The notes beneath the pieces are model-generated. The model was given only the letters and a program-made list of their open reading frames with translations, was not told where the DNA came from and ran no database searches. Position numbers and translations under genes: made by a program. 64,000 nt of DNA from an uncultured Gemmatimonadales bacterium. Its GTDB lineage: Bacteria; Gemmatimonadota; Gemmatimonadetes; Gemmatimonadales; GWC2-71-9. The stretch lies in contig CAWGSK010000012.1 in NCBI GenBank assembly GCA_963825055.1, positions 128,001 to 192,000 of the forward strand, given 5' to 3'. Positions 56,293-64,000 of this stretch are shown here, piece by piece (within the stretch, counting starts at the first letter, position 1; each line of letters begins with the position of its first letter).

Positions 56293-57711
56293 ATGGGTGA
56301 CGTGACGCAGCAACTGCTCGACCTCTTCGGCGGCGAGGTGCGCGCCAACGCCGGCGGGTTCCACGTGGACGATCCCGGCCGGTTGCAGGGCCCGGGAATG
56401 GACCGTCTCGTGCGCATCGCGGTGTTCGGGGCCCCGGAGGAGCGCGACGCCGCACGCCGCGTCATCTGGGATCTCGGGCAGGCCGTCGGGGTCCGTCCAG
56501 CGTCAATTGCCGGGATCTACTTTGCCCGGGCCCGCGGCGAGTGCGGCGGGTTCACCGTGCCCGCCATCAACGTGCGCATGATGTCGTACGACACGGCCCG
56601 CGCGGTGTTCCGCGCGGCGCGGGCCCGGAAGGCCGGGGCCATCATTCTCGAGATCGCCCGCTCCGAGATCGCCTACACCGACCAGCGCCCCGCGGAGTAT
56701 GTCTCCGTCATCCTGGCCGCGGCGATGCGGGAGGGATACCTCCTGCCCGTGTTCATCCAGGGCGACCATTGCCAGGTCAACCAGAAGAAGTTCGCCGCGA
56801 ACCCGAAGGGGGAGGTGGGCGAGGTCAAGAAGCTGATCGGTGAGGAACTGGCGGCCGGGTTCTACAACATTGACGTCGACACGTCCACGCTGGTCGATCT
56901 CTCGCACGACACGCTCGATGCCCAGCAGCGGCTGAACTACGAGCACGCCGCCGGGATCACCGCGTTCATCCGGGAGCACGAACCCGAGGGGATCAGTACC
57001 TCGGTGGGCGCCGAGATCGGGGAGGTGGGGCACAAGAACAGCACGGTGGAGGAACTGCATGCGTTCATGCAGGGCTATGCCCGTGCGCTCGCGGCGCGGG
57101 GCGAGGGGCTGGAGGGGATCAGCAAGATCTCGGTCCAGACGGGCACGTCGCACGGCGGGGTGGTTCTGCCGGACGGGTCCATCGCGGACGTGAAGCTCGA
57201 CCTGGACGCGCTCGAGGCCCTCTCCCGCGTCGCGCGGGAGGAATACGGGCTGGCCGGGGCGGTGCAGCACGGGGCGAGCACCCTTCCCTCCGATGCCTTC
57301 GGGAACTTTCCGCGGGTGGAGGCGGCCGAAATTCACCTCGCCACCAACTTCCAGAACATCGTTTTCGACCACCCGAAGCTGCCCGCGGACCTCTCGAAGC
57401 GCATGATGGCATGGCTGGACGAGAACACGGCGGGAGAGCGAAAGGACGGCGACTCGGACGAGCAGTTCTACTATAAGACCCGGAAGAAGGCGATCGGCCC
57501 CTTCAAGGAAGAGGTGTGGTCGCTGCCGGAGGGCGTGCGCGATGCCATCGCGGCCGACCTCGAGCAGACCTTCGGGTTCCTCTTTGAGCAACTCAATGTC
57601 GGGGGCACGGCCAGCCTGGTGAACCGGTTCATCCATGCGCCCGTCCAGCCCCATGCGTCCCTCAAGCCGGCCATGGCGATCGCGGCCGACGACGCGGACG
57701 CGGGAGAGTAG
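56293..57711 (+). CDS. fba: Class II fructose-bisphosphate aldolase (long form)
   Basis: TVPAIN, QGDH, AEIGEVG, GTSHGG, QHGAS; follows pgi. Confidence 0.85.
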   Translation: MGDVTQQLLDLFGGEVRANAGGFHVDDPGRLQGPGMDRLVRIAVFGAPEERDAARRVIWDLGQAVGVRPASIAGIYFARARGECGGFTVPAINVRMMSYDTARAVFRAARARKAGAIILEIARSEIAYTDQRPAEYVSVILAAAMREGYLLPVFIQGDHCQVNQKKFAANPKGEVGEVKKLIGEELAAGFYNIDVDTSTLVDLSHDTLDAQQRLNYEHAAGITAFIREHEPEGISTSVGAEIGEVGHKNSTVEELHAFMQGYARALAARGEGLEGISKISVQTGTSHGGVVLPDGSIADVKLDLDALEALSRVAREEYGLAGAVQHGASTLPSDAFGNFPRVEAAEIHLATNFQNIVFDHPKLPADLSKRMMAWLDENTAGERKDGDSDEQFYYKTRKKAIGPFKEEVWSLPEGVRDAIAADLEQTFGFLFEQLNVGGTASLVNRFIHAPVQPHASLKPAMAIAADDADAGE

Positions 57712-57713
57712 GC

Positions 57714-58127
57714 ATGACGCACAGGCACCATGATGACGAATCGGTCATCTACGTCGAGCGCGAGAGCGGCTCCATTTTTCCCCTCTTCTTCCTGGGGGCG
57801 GTGGTGGGCGCCGGACTGGCGCTCCTGCTCTCGCCCGGTACCGGCGAAGACAATCGCCGCGGCCTGACCCGCCGGATGCGCTCCCTCCGCGCGCTCGCCG
57901 AAGAGAAGGTGGACGAGCTGGGCGAGTCGTTCGGGCGCGGGAAGCGGCGGGCAACCTCGAACGGCGGCGAGCCGGACCTCGACGATGACGAGGAACTTGC
58001 CGCGCCCCACAGCCTGTCCGCGCGCGAGGAACTGGAACGCCGGCTCGAGGAGGCGCGCGCGCGTCGCCGCGATGCCCGGCATGCCGGCACCGACGAGGAG
58101 GACGAGGATGAGGAACCCCTGGCCTGA
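57714..58127 (+). CDS. YtxH-domain protein
   Basis: FFLGAVVGAGLALLLSP..GE..RR. Confidence 0.8.
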   Translation: MTHRHHDDESVIYVERESGSIFPLFFLGAVVGAGLALLLSPGTGEDNRRGLTRRMRSLRALAEEKVDELGESFGRGKRRATSNGGEPDLDDDEELAAPHSLSAREELERRLEEARARRRDARHAGTDEEDEDEEPLA

Positions 58128-59053
58128 GTGAACACCGGCGAGGTGGCTGGCACGATTCGCTCGGCGGGTTCGTCCGACGCACACTGGAGGCGGCGGACGA
58201 GAACAACGTGCCGTTCCTCGCGAGCGCCATCACCTTCGATGCGACGCTCGCCGCCGTGCCGTTCCTCCTCCTCCTGGTCATTGCCCTGACCCACCTGCTT
58301 CCGATCGATCCCCGCTCGGAAGTCGACATCCACCAGCTGTTCCAGGGGTTCCTCCCGCCGCACGTCATGGTGGGGGGCCGGGACCCCTTCGCCGTGGTAG
58401 AGCGCATGCTGGCGGGCATCGCCCGCAACCGCGGACAGCTCTCCGTATACGCCATTCCTACCTTCGTGTGGTTCAGCACCCGGCTCTTCGCCGGTATCCG
58501 GACGTCGCTCAATCACCTGTACGACGTTTCCGCGCGGCCCCAGCGGCGCCACTTCGTGCTCGCCTATCTCCTGGCCAAGGTGCGCGACGTCGTCATGGTG
58601 GCCGGTACGCTGACCCTCTTCCTCCTGAACACGGTCATCTCGACTTCCGTCGGGCTCATCGAGACCCGGGGCGTGGCTGCGGTGCCGCAACTCGCCTTTT
58701 TCGTGAGCTCGGTGGGGCAGGTGGTCGGTGAACTGATCGCCTTCGGGTTCGGGGTGAGCCTCTTCTTCGTCGTGTACCGCTACGCGTCAATCCGCCGGAT
58801 CCCGTGGCGCCCGTCACTCGTCGCCGCCACCTTCTCGGCGTTTGCGTTCGAGGTTGCCAAGCGGCTCTTCGGCCTCTACCTGGGGGAGATCGCGACCTCG
58901 CGCCAGTTCTCGCTCGACGCCAACGTCGGCGCAGGGCTCCTGTTCATCCTGTGGATCTGGTACACCGCCATCGTGTTCCTGCTGGGCGGCGTGGTCGCGG
59001 AGACCTGGGACATGCGATCACGGAAGCGCACACAGAGGGCGGAGCTGGTCTGA
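58124..59053 (+). CDS. YihY/BrkB-family membrane protein (possible CTG start at 58124; first canonical start GTG 58208)
   Basis: Open frame from 58112; LASAITF...VP, SLN.LY, FEVAK..F..Y, LWIWY..IVFLLG. Confidence 0.8.
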   Translation: MSEHRRGGWHDSLGGFVRRTLEAADENNVPFLASAITFDATLAAVPFLLLLVIALTHLLPIDPRSEVDIHQLFQGFLPPHVMVGGRDPFAVVERMLAGIARNRGQLSVYAIPTFVWFSTRLFAGIRTSLNHLYDVSARPQRRHFVLAYLLAKVRDVVMVAGTLTLFLLNTVISTSVGLIETRGVAAVPQLAFFVSSVGQVVGELIAFGFGVSLFFVVYRYASIRRIPWRPSLVAATFSAFAFEVAKRLFGLYLGEIATSRQFSLDANVGAGLLFILWIWYTAIVFLLGGVVAETWDMRSRKRTQRAELV

Positions 59054-59099
59054 TCGCCGGGAATGGGGGATCGGGAATCAGGAAGGATGGTTTATCCTT

Positions 59100-59151
59100 C
59101 GCCTGACCGCCTGACCGCCTGACCGCCTGACCGCCTGACCGCCTGACCGCC
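59100..59151. repeat. Octamer tandem repeat (CGCCTGAC)x6
   Basis: Six perfect copies at 59100-59147 plus a partial copy. Confidence 0.95.
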
Positions 59152-59152
59152 C

Positions 59153-59181
59153 TTGGCCCTGAGTCCGGCCCCATGTACATT
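59153..59181 (+). promoter_or_regulatory. Putative ffs promoter
   Basis: TTGGCC-N17-TACATT just before the SRP RNA closing stem. Confidence 0.55.
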
Positions 59182-59185
59182 TCGC

Positions 59186-59286
59186 GTGCCCCAGGTCCGA
59201 AGGGCGCTGGCGCGCGAACCGCGTCAGGACCTCGCCGGTAGCAGCGCTAAGCGATGTCCGGTGTCGCTTCGGGTTGCCTGGGGCAC
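59186..59286 (+). ncRNA. ffs: Signal recognition particle RNA (small 4.5S type)
   Basis: Closing stem GTGCCCCAGG/CCTGGGGCAC then T tract; GAACC..GTCAGGACC-loop-GGTAGCAGC core; located upstream of dnaX. Confidence 0.88.
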
Positions 59287-59369
59287 TTTTCTTTCCTCCA
59301 GCAATTCAACGGCTCAACGCCCCTCTCCTCCGCCGTCCACCTGCCTGCCGCCCTGATTACCTTCCCCCC

Positions 59370-61058
59370 ATGACTATCGCGCTCGCCCGGCGGTACCGTC
59401 CCCGCCGCTTCGCCGACCTGCTCGTCCAGGAACACGTCGCCGCCGTCCTCCGCGGAGCAGTGGCGCACGGCCGTGCCGCGCACGGCTACCTCCTCACTGG
59501 CCCCCGGGGCGTGGGGAAGACCACCGCCGCACGGATCCTTGCCATGGCGCTCAACTGCGAGCGCCGGGAGACCATGGATCCCCCCGGCGAGCCCTGCGGG
59601 GAGTGTGCCAGCTGCACCCGGATCTGGAGCGGAGCGGCGAACCTCGATGTCGTGGAGATCGACGCGGCCAGCAACCGCGGCGTGGACGACGCGCGCGAGC
59701 TTCGCGAGCGGGCGATGTACGCCGCGAGCCAGGAGGGCCACCACAAGGTCTACATCGTGGACGAGGCCCACATGCTCACCCGGGAGGCGTGGAACGCGCT
59801 CCTCAAGATCCTCGAGGAACCGCCCCCGGGCGTCGTGTTTGTCTTCGCCACGACCGAACCGCAGAAGATCGCCCAGGCTGCGGCCCCCGTCATGAGCCGC
59901 CTCCAGCGCTTCGACTTCCGTCGCATCGGCCCGGCGCCGATCCGCCAGCGGCTCCGCGAAGTGGTCGAAGCCGAGGGGATCGAGGCGGAGGATGATGCAC
60001 TGCTCCTCATCGCGCGGCAGGCGGACGGGGGCATGCGGGACGCGCTGTCAATCCTCGACCAGTGCCTCAGCTTCGGCGCTGAGCGCGTGACGGTCGAGGG
60101 AGTGCGCCAGGTACTGGGGATCGTGGACGATGAACTCTACGGCGAACTGCTGGGTATCGTAGCCGGCCACCGTGGGGCCGAGGCCTTTGCCCTGGTGGAC
60201 CGGGTGCTCGACGCCGGCGGCGACCTCGGCGAGTTCATGAACGGGGCGGGGGAAACGCTCCGCGCGCTCCTCATGCTCCAGGTCGGCGCCACGCCCGATA
60301 ACCTCACCGAGGGACTGCGCCGGGTGCTCGAGGAATTCCAGGACCGGCTCGCTCCCGGCGACGTGCTCCGAATGCTCAAGCTCCTCGCCGACGCGGAGAA
60401 CGGCGTACGTCGGAGCGCCAATCCCCGCCTCCAGGTCGAGACCCTGCTGCTGCGGTGGACGTTGATGGACCGCACGGTGGACCTCGAGACCGCGCTTCAG
60501 GGCCTCCCCGGGGCCGGGATTCCCTCTGGCCCGGCGGCGCGATCCGCCCCGTCCCGCGCCGCGAGGCCGGAGCCGCCCCCGTCGCGTGACGAGGGGCCGG
60601 GCACCCCCGCCGTAAGGCCGGAGAACAGCGTCTCGCCGCCGGCCTCCGGCCGCCCTGCCGGCACGACACCACTCACCCGGGAGGGACTGACGGATGCGTG
60701 GGCAGACATCGTGGCCGCGGTGAAGGCGGAGAGCCCGTTCCTGGGGGGCGTGGTGGGCGAGTCGGCGCCGGCACGCGTGGAGGGCGCCGAGGTGGCTCTC
60801 CTTCCCCCCGCCGGCAACCCGATGGCGGCGGAAACGCTGGAGCGGCAGCATGAGGTGGTCGAGGCTGTCCTGACCCGGGCTGTCGGCCGCCCCGTGACCG
60901 TGAAGGTCCTGATCGGAGAGGCCCGGGAGAGCCCGCCGAACCCTGCAAAACGCCTCAGCGACACCGGGGCGAGGGCTGAGCGCCTCAAGGCGGTCAGGAC
61001 CCGGGATCCGGCCCTCGATGCGGCGGCCGATGCGTTAGATTTAGAGATTGTGGATTGA
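59370..61058 (+). CDS. dnaX: DNA polymerase III subunit gamma/tau
   Basis: LARRYRP, GPRGVGKTT, EIDAASN.GVDD, DEAHML, NALLK.LEEPP, GGMRDALS. Confidence 0.96.
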   Translation: MTIALARRYRPRRFADLLVQEHVAAVLRGAVAHGRAAHGYLLTGPRGVGKTTAARILAMALNCERRETMDPPGEPCGECASCTRIWSGAANLDVVEIDAASNRGVDDARELRERAMYAASQEGHHKVYIVDEAHMLTREAWNALLKILEEPPPGVVFVFATTEPQKIAQAAAPVMSRLQRFDFRRIGPAPIRQRLREVVEAEGIEAEDDALLLIARQADGGMRDALSILDQCLSFGAERVTVEGVRQVLGIVDDELYGELLGIVAGHRGAEAFALVDRVLDAGGDLGEFMNGAGETLRALLMLQVGATPDNLTEGLRRVLEEFQDRLAPGDVLRMLKLLADAENGVRRSANPRLQVETLLLRWTLMDRTVDLETALQGLPGAGIPSGPAARSAPSRAARPEPPPSRDEGPGTPAVRPENSVSPPASGRPAGTTPLTREGLTDAWADIVAAVKAESPFLGGVVGESAPARVEGAEVALLPPAGNPMAAETLERQHEVVEAVLTRAVGRPVTVKVLIGEARESPPNPAKRLSDTGARAERLKAVRTRDPALDAAADALDLEIVD

Positions 61059-61140
61059 CCGGGGCCTGGGAGACGGCGCTGCGTTGCGGCCTGCCGGGCC
61101 ACGGCCTACTTTCAACTCAGTAAACGACTTACAGGAACAT

Positions 61141-61449
61141 ATGGCGGACCTGAAGCAGATTTTCCAGCTGAGCCAGCAGATGCAGGGGAAGCTGCAGCAG
61201 TTGCAGGCGGACCTTGGCAAGCGCACCCTCGAGGCCAGCGCTGGCGGGGGACTGGTACGGGTGACGGCCGATGGCAAGGGTATGGTCAAGCGCGTGGACA
61301 TCGACCCCGCAGTCTTCGCCGAGCATGATGCGGAGTTCCTTTCCGACCTGGTCCTCGCCGCGGTGGGAGAGGTCCAGCGCAAGGCGGCGGAGCTGCTCCA
61401 GGACGAGATGCGCAACGTGCAGCCGCTGCCATTCAATCTCCCGACCTGA
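61141..61449 (+). CDS. ybaB: YbaB/EbfC nucleoid-associated protein
   Basis: QQMQ, AGGGLV.V..DG, DLV.AAV; between dnaX and recR. Confidence 0.92.
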   Translation: MADLKQIFQLSQQMQGKLQQLQADLGKRTLEASAGGGLVRVTADGKGMVKRVDIDPAVFAEHDAEFLSDLVLAAVGEVQRKAAELLQDEMRNVQPLPFNLPT

Positions 61450-61452
61450 TCC

Positions 61453-62043
61453 GTGAGCGCCATCGAGACGCTCGTGACGGAGTTCGCGCGCCTCCCCGGC
61501 ATCGGCCGGAAGACGGCGCAGCGGCTCACCTATCACTTGCTGCAGCAGCCGCCGGAGCAGGTGGAGCGGCTGGCTCAGGCCCTGGGCGAGGTGGCCCGCA
61601 ACGTCCGGCCCTGCTCGAGTTGCGGTTCCCCGACCGAAGCGGACCCGTGTGCCTACTGCACCGATCCTCGCCGGGATGACTCGCAGATCTGCGTGGTGGA
61701 GGATCCCTCCGCCGTGGGAGCGGTCGAGGCCGCGACGGGCTTCCGTGGCCGGTATCACGTGCTCGGCGGGCGCCTCTCGCCGCTGGATGGCGTTGGCCCC
61801 GAGGCGCTGCGGCTGGACCAGCTGGTTGCGCGGGTGCGCGCCGGCGGCATCGAGGAGATCATCCTGGCCACCAACCCGTCCATGGAGGGTGAGGCCACCG
61901 CGACCTACATTCAGCAGATGTTGACCGGGACAGGGGCCCGCGTTACGCGGCTTGCCCGGGGCCTGCCGGTGGGTGGCGACCTCGAGTACGTCGACGGCGT
62001 GACGCTGGCCCACGCGCTTCTGGCCCGCCAGGAGGTCCGCTGA
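61453..62043 (+). CDS. recR: Recombination mediator RecR
   Basis: LPGIG.KTAQRL, C4 Zn finger, YHVLGG.LSPLDG, EGEATA, GLPVGGDLEY. Confidence 0.96.
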   Translation: MSAIETLVTEFARLPGIGRKTAQRLTYHLLQQPPEQVERLAQALGEVARNVRPCSSCGSPTEADPCAYCTDPRRDDSQICVVEDPSAVGAVEAATGFRGRYHVLGGRLSPLDGVGPEALRLDQLVARVRAGGIEEIILATNPSMEGEATATYIQQMLTGTGARVTRLARGLPVGGDLEYVDGVTLAHALLARQEVR

Positions 62044-62315
62044 TGGGGCGCCCCCGCGGCCCTGTGGTCGTGCTGGCGGCGGCACTGGGCCTTGCGGCCG
62101 GCTGGTTCTGGGGCCAGCGCCACCTTGGGCGCCACCGCAGCGATCTTTTCAGCCCCCGGCCACTTCGGCGCCTCTCGGCGCTCGGGTATCTGGCGGGGCA
62201 GGAGGGGATTGAAACGGTCCGGTTGTTGCAGGATTACCTCACCTGGGAACGGCAGCCGCTGCTCCGCCGCCGGGCGGAACGCATCGTCCGGCGTCTCGAG
62301 GCAACGCTCAGTTAA
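62043..62315 (+). CDS. Small TM-anchored HEAT-like hypothetical protein
   Basis: TGATG coupling to recR; N-terminal TM; RLSALGYL...LLRRRA. Confidence 0.65.
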   Translation: MGRPRGPVVVLAAALGLAAGWFWGQRHLGRHRSDLFSPRPLRRLSALGYLAGQEGIETVRLLQDYLTWERQPLLRRRAERIVRRLEATLS

Positions 62316-62327
62316 CCGGGGAGAGTG

Positions 62328-62816
62328 ATGTCGAAATCCTCCAGCTGGTCCATCCGCTCCGAGGATGCGGAACGGATTCAGGGTATCCTGAACGCGTTCC
62401 TGCGCGAGAGTAACGCGCGGACGGCGCTCATCGTGGACCGGACCGGCCAGATGATCACCGCAGCAGGTGAGCCGCCTACGTTCGACCCCACGGCGTTCGC
62501 CTCGCTGACGGCGGCCGACTTCAGCGCGAATGACCAGCTCGCGCGGATGATCGGCGAGCCGGAGTTCGGCGCGCTGTTCCACCAGGGCGAGCGGGAGTCA
62601 ATGTACCTGGCGGACATCGCACGACGCGTGATCCTCGTCGTCCTGTTCGACAACCGGGCGACGCTCGGCCTGGTGAAGCTGCGGGTGAAGTCGGCGGTCC
62701 GGGAGCTCAACGCGCTCTTCGACCTGCTGTTCAGCCAGGGCCCGGCGGCCGGACCGGCGATGGAATCCGGATTCCTCGGGGAGGCCGAGGACGAAATCGA
62801 CAAGCTCTTCGGATGA
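62328..62816 (+). CDS. mglB: Roadblock/LC7 protein, MglB-type GAP
   Basis: [37 protein letters not shown]. Confidence 0.9.
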   Translation: MSKSSSWSIRSEDAERIQGILNAFLRESNARTALIVDRTGQMITAAGEPPTFDPTAFASLTAADFSANDQLARMIGEPEFGALFHQGERESMYLADIARRVILVVLFDNRATLGLVKLRVKSAVRELNALFDLLFSQGPAAGPAMESGFLGEAEDEIDKLFG

Positions 62817-62832
62817 GGGGACGACACTTCGC

Positions 62833-63507
62833 ATGTCGATGATCAACCATGCCGCCCGCGAGATCAACTGCAAGCTGGTCTACTACGGGCCCGGCCTCGG
62901 CGGCAAGACGACCAATCTCGAGCACGTCTACGGAAAGGTCGCGCCGACCTCCCGCGGCAAGATGATTTCGCTCGCCACCGAAACGGAACGCACGCTCTTC
63001 TTCGATTTCCTCCCGGTTGACCTCGGCACCATCCGCGGGTTCAAGACCCGGTTCCACCTCTACACCGTTCCCGGCCAGGTGTACTACAACGCCTCACGGA
63101 AGCTGATCCTGAAGGGCGTGGACGGCGTGGTGTTCGTGGCCGACAGCCAGATCGAGCGGATGGAGGCGAACATCGAGTCGATGCAGAACCTCTACGACAA
63201 CATGGCCGAGCACGGGTATGACCTGCCGACCATGCCGTTCGTCGTCCAGTACAACAAGCGGGACCTGCCGAACGCCGCCCCGATCGCCGACCTCCAGGCG
63301 GCGCTCAACCCCGGGTGGCCGGTCACCGATCCAGTCCGCCAGCGATACAAGCCTGACCCGAATCGCGAGGGCGAGGCCCTCATCGAGCAGGATGGCGGGG
63401 ACTGGATCGAGCGCGCGCCGTACTTTGAGGCCGTCGCCCTCAGCGGGGATGGCGTGTTCGACACCCTCAAGGCGATCAGTAAGCTGGTACTGAAGAGCCT
63501 CGGCTAG
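62833..63507 (+). CDS. mglA: Small Ras-like GTPase MglA
   Basis: [45 protein letters not shown]. Confidence 0.94.
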   Translation: MSMINHAAREINCKLVYYGPGLGGKTTNLEHVYGKVAPTSRGKMISLATETERTLFFDFLPVDLGTIRGFKTRFHLYTVPGQVYYNASRKLILKGVDGVVFVADSQIERMEANIESMQNLYDNMAEHGYDLPTMPFVVQYNKRDLPNAAPIADLQAALNPGWPVTDPVRQRYKPDPNREGEALIEQDGGDWIERAPYFEAVALSGDGVFDTLKAISKLVLKSLG

Positions 63508-63511
63508 CCCC

Positions 63512-64000
63512 ATGCGCACCTGGACCCTGCCGAACGTCATTACGGTGGTCCGGATTGCGCTGACGCCGGTCATCGCGCTGCTGCCGTTCATTGAGGGCTA
63601 CTGGCCGAAACTCATCGCGTTCGGCGTCTTCCTCATCGCCGCCTTCTCGGATGTTTACGACGGACACCTCGCCCGGAGCCGTGGCGAGGTGACCGACCTC
63701 GGCAAGATCCTGGACCCGCTCGCCGACAAGCTGCTGCTGCTGAGCACCCTGGTGCCCATCTACTGGATCAGCCGGACCCGCCACGACCTCTACAACATCC
63801 CGATCTGGGGCAGCATTCCGCTCTGGGTGTGCCTCCTCCTTCTCGGCCGCGAGCTGGCGATGACGATTTTCCGCTGGTGGGCCCGCCGCCGGGGTGTGAT
63901 CATCGCGGCCGGCAATGCCGGGAAGCTCAAGACCGTCATCCAGAACATTTTCATCGGCGCCACCATGGTGTGGTTCGCCTTCCGGGACGCGCGCCGGCCC
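63512..64000 (+). CDS. pgsA: CDP-alcohol phosphatidyltransferase (PgsA-like), truncated by window edge
   Basis: LPN.IT..RI and D..DG.LAR....TD.GK.LDPLADK motifs. Confidence 0.85.
   Translation, partial: MRTWTLPNVITVVRIALTPVIALLPFIEGYWPKLIAFGVFLIAAFSDVYDGHLARSRGEVTDLGKILDPLADKLLLLSTLVPIYWISRTRHDLYNIPIWGSIPLWVCLLLLGRELAMTIFRWWARRRGVIIAAGNAGKLKTVIQNIFIGATMVWFAFRDARRP

Noticed and set aside
59100..59151. Short repeats here and at 4495-4546 as a CRISPR array
   Set aside because: Units are 7-8 nt, contiguous, with no spacers; no cas genes in the window
59370..61058. Programmed -1 frameshift or slippage site giving DnaX gamma
   Set aside because: No A AAA AAG heptamer or long A/T run found in the gene
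1..64000. Prophage, IS, integron, tRNA or rRNA
   Set aside because: No integrase, transposase or phage protein motifs, terminal repeats or tRNA/rRNA signatures recognised by eye

Overview
High-GC bacterial chromosomal segment with no rRNA, tRNA, CRISPR, integrase or transposase that I can recognise. Gene content (GWxTD protein, several eukaryotic-like Ser/Thr kinases, ffs-dnaX-ybaB-recR-mglB-mglA synteny) suggests Gemmatimonadota; this is an inference. Left to right: the 3' end of a multiheme cytochrome cluster (truncated cytochrome, 19-heme cytochrome, outer-membrane beta-barrel, membrane-anchored Fe-S flavoprotein); a frameshifted TonB receptor divergent from a TIGR00300-hypothetical-fur-ccdA operon; an ABC exporter; two paralogous lipoproteins; ggt divergent from murQ-anmK-nagZ plus a sodium:solute symporter; a kinase/PP2C/FHA-protease module; an amidase, a GWxTD protein and a second kinase; nrdJ; a stress-type cluster (persulfide dioxygenase-rhodanese, KirBac, orphan encapsulin-type ferritin, FNT); ispG; amidohydrolases; an AT-rich DnaA-box cluster (oriC candidate with no dnaA nearby); pyk, pgi and fba; an SRP RNA with a non-GNRA loop; and dnaX-ybaB-recR-mglBA-pgsA. 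Best leads: the porin-cytochrome-flavoprotein conduit, the oriC candidate, the SSS transporter in the wall-recycling operon, the atypical SRP loop and recurrent leaderless promoters. All product calls come from motif recognition by eye; no database search was run.
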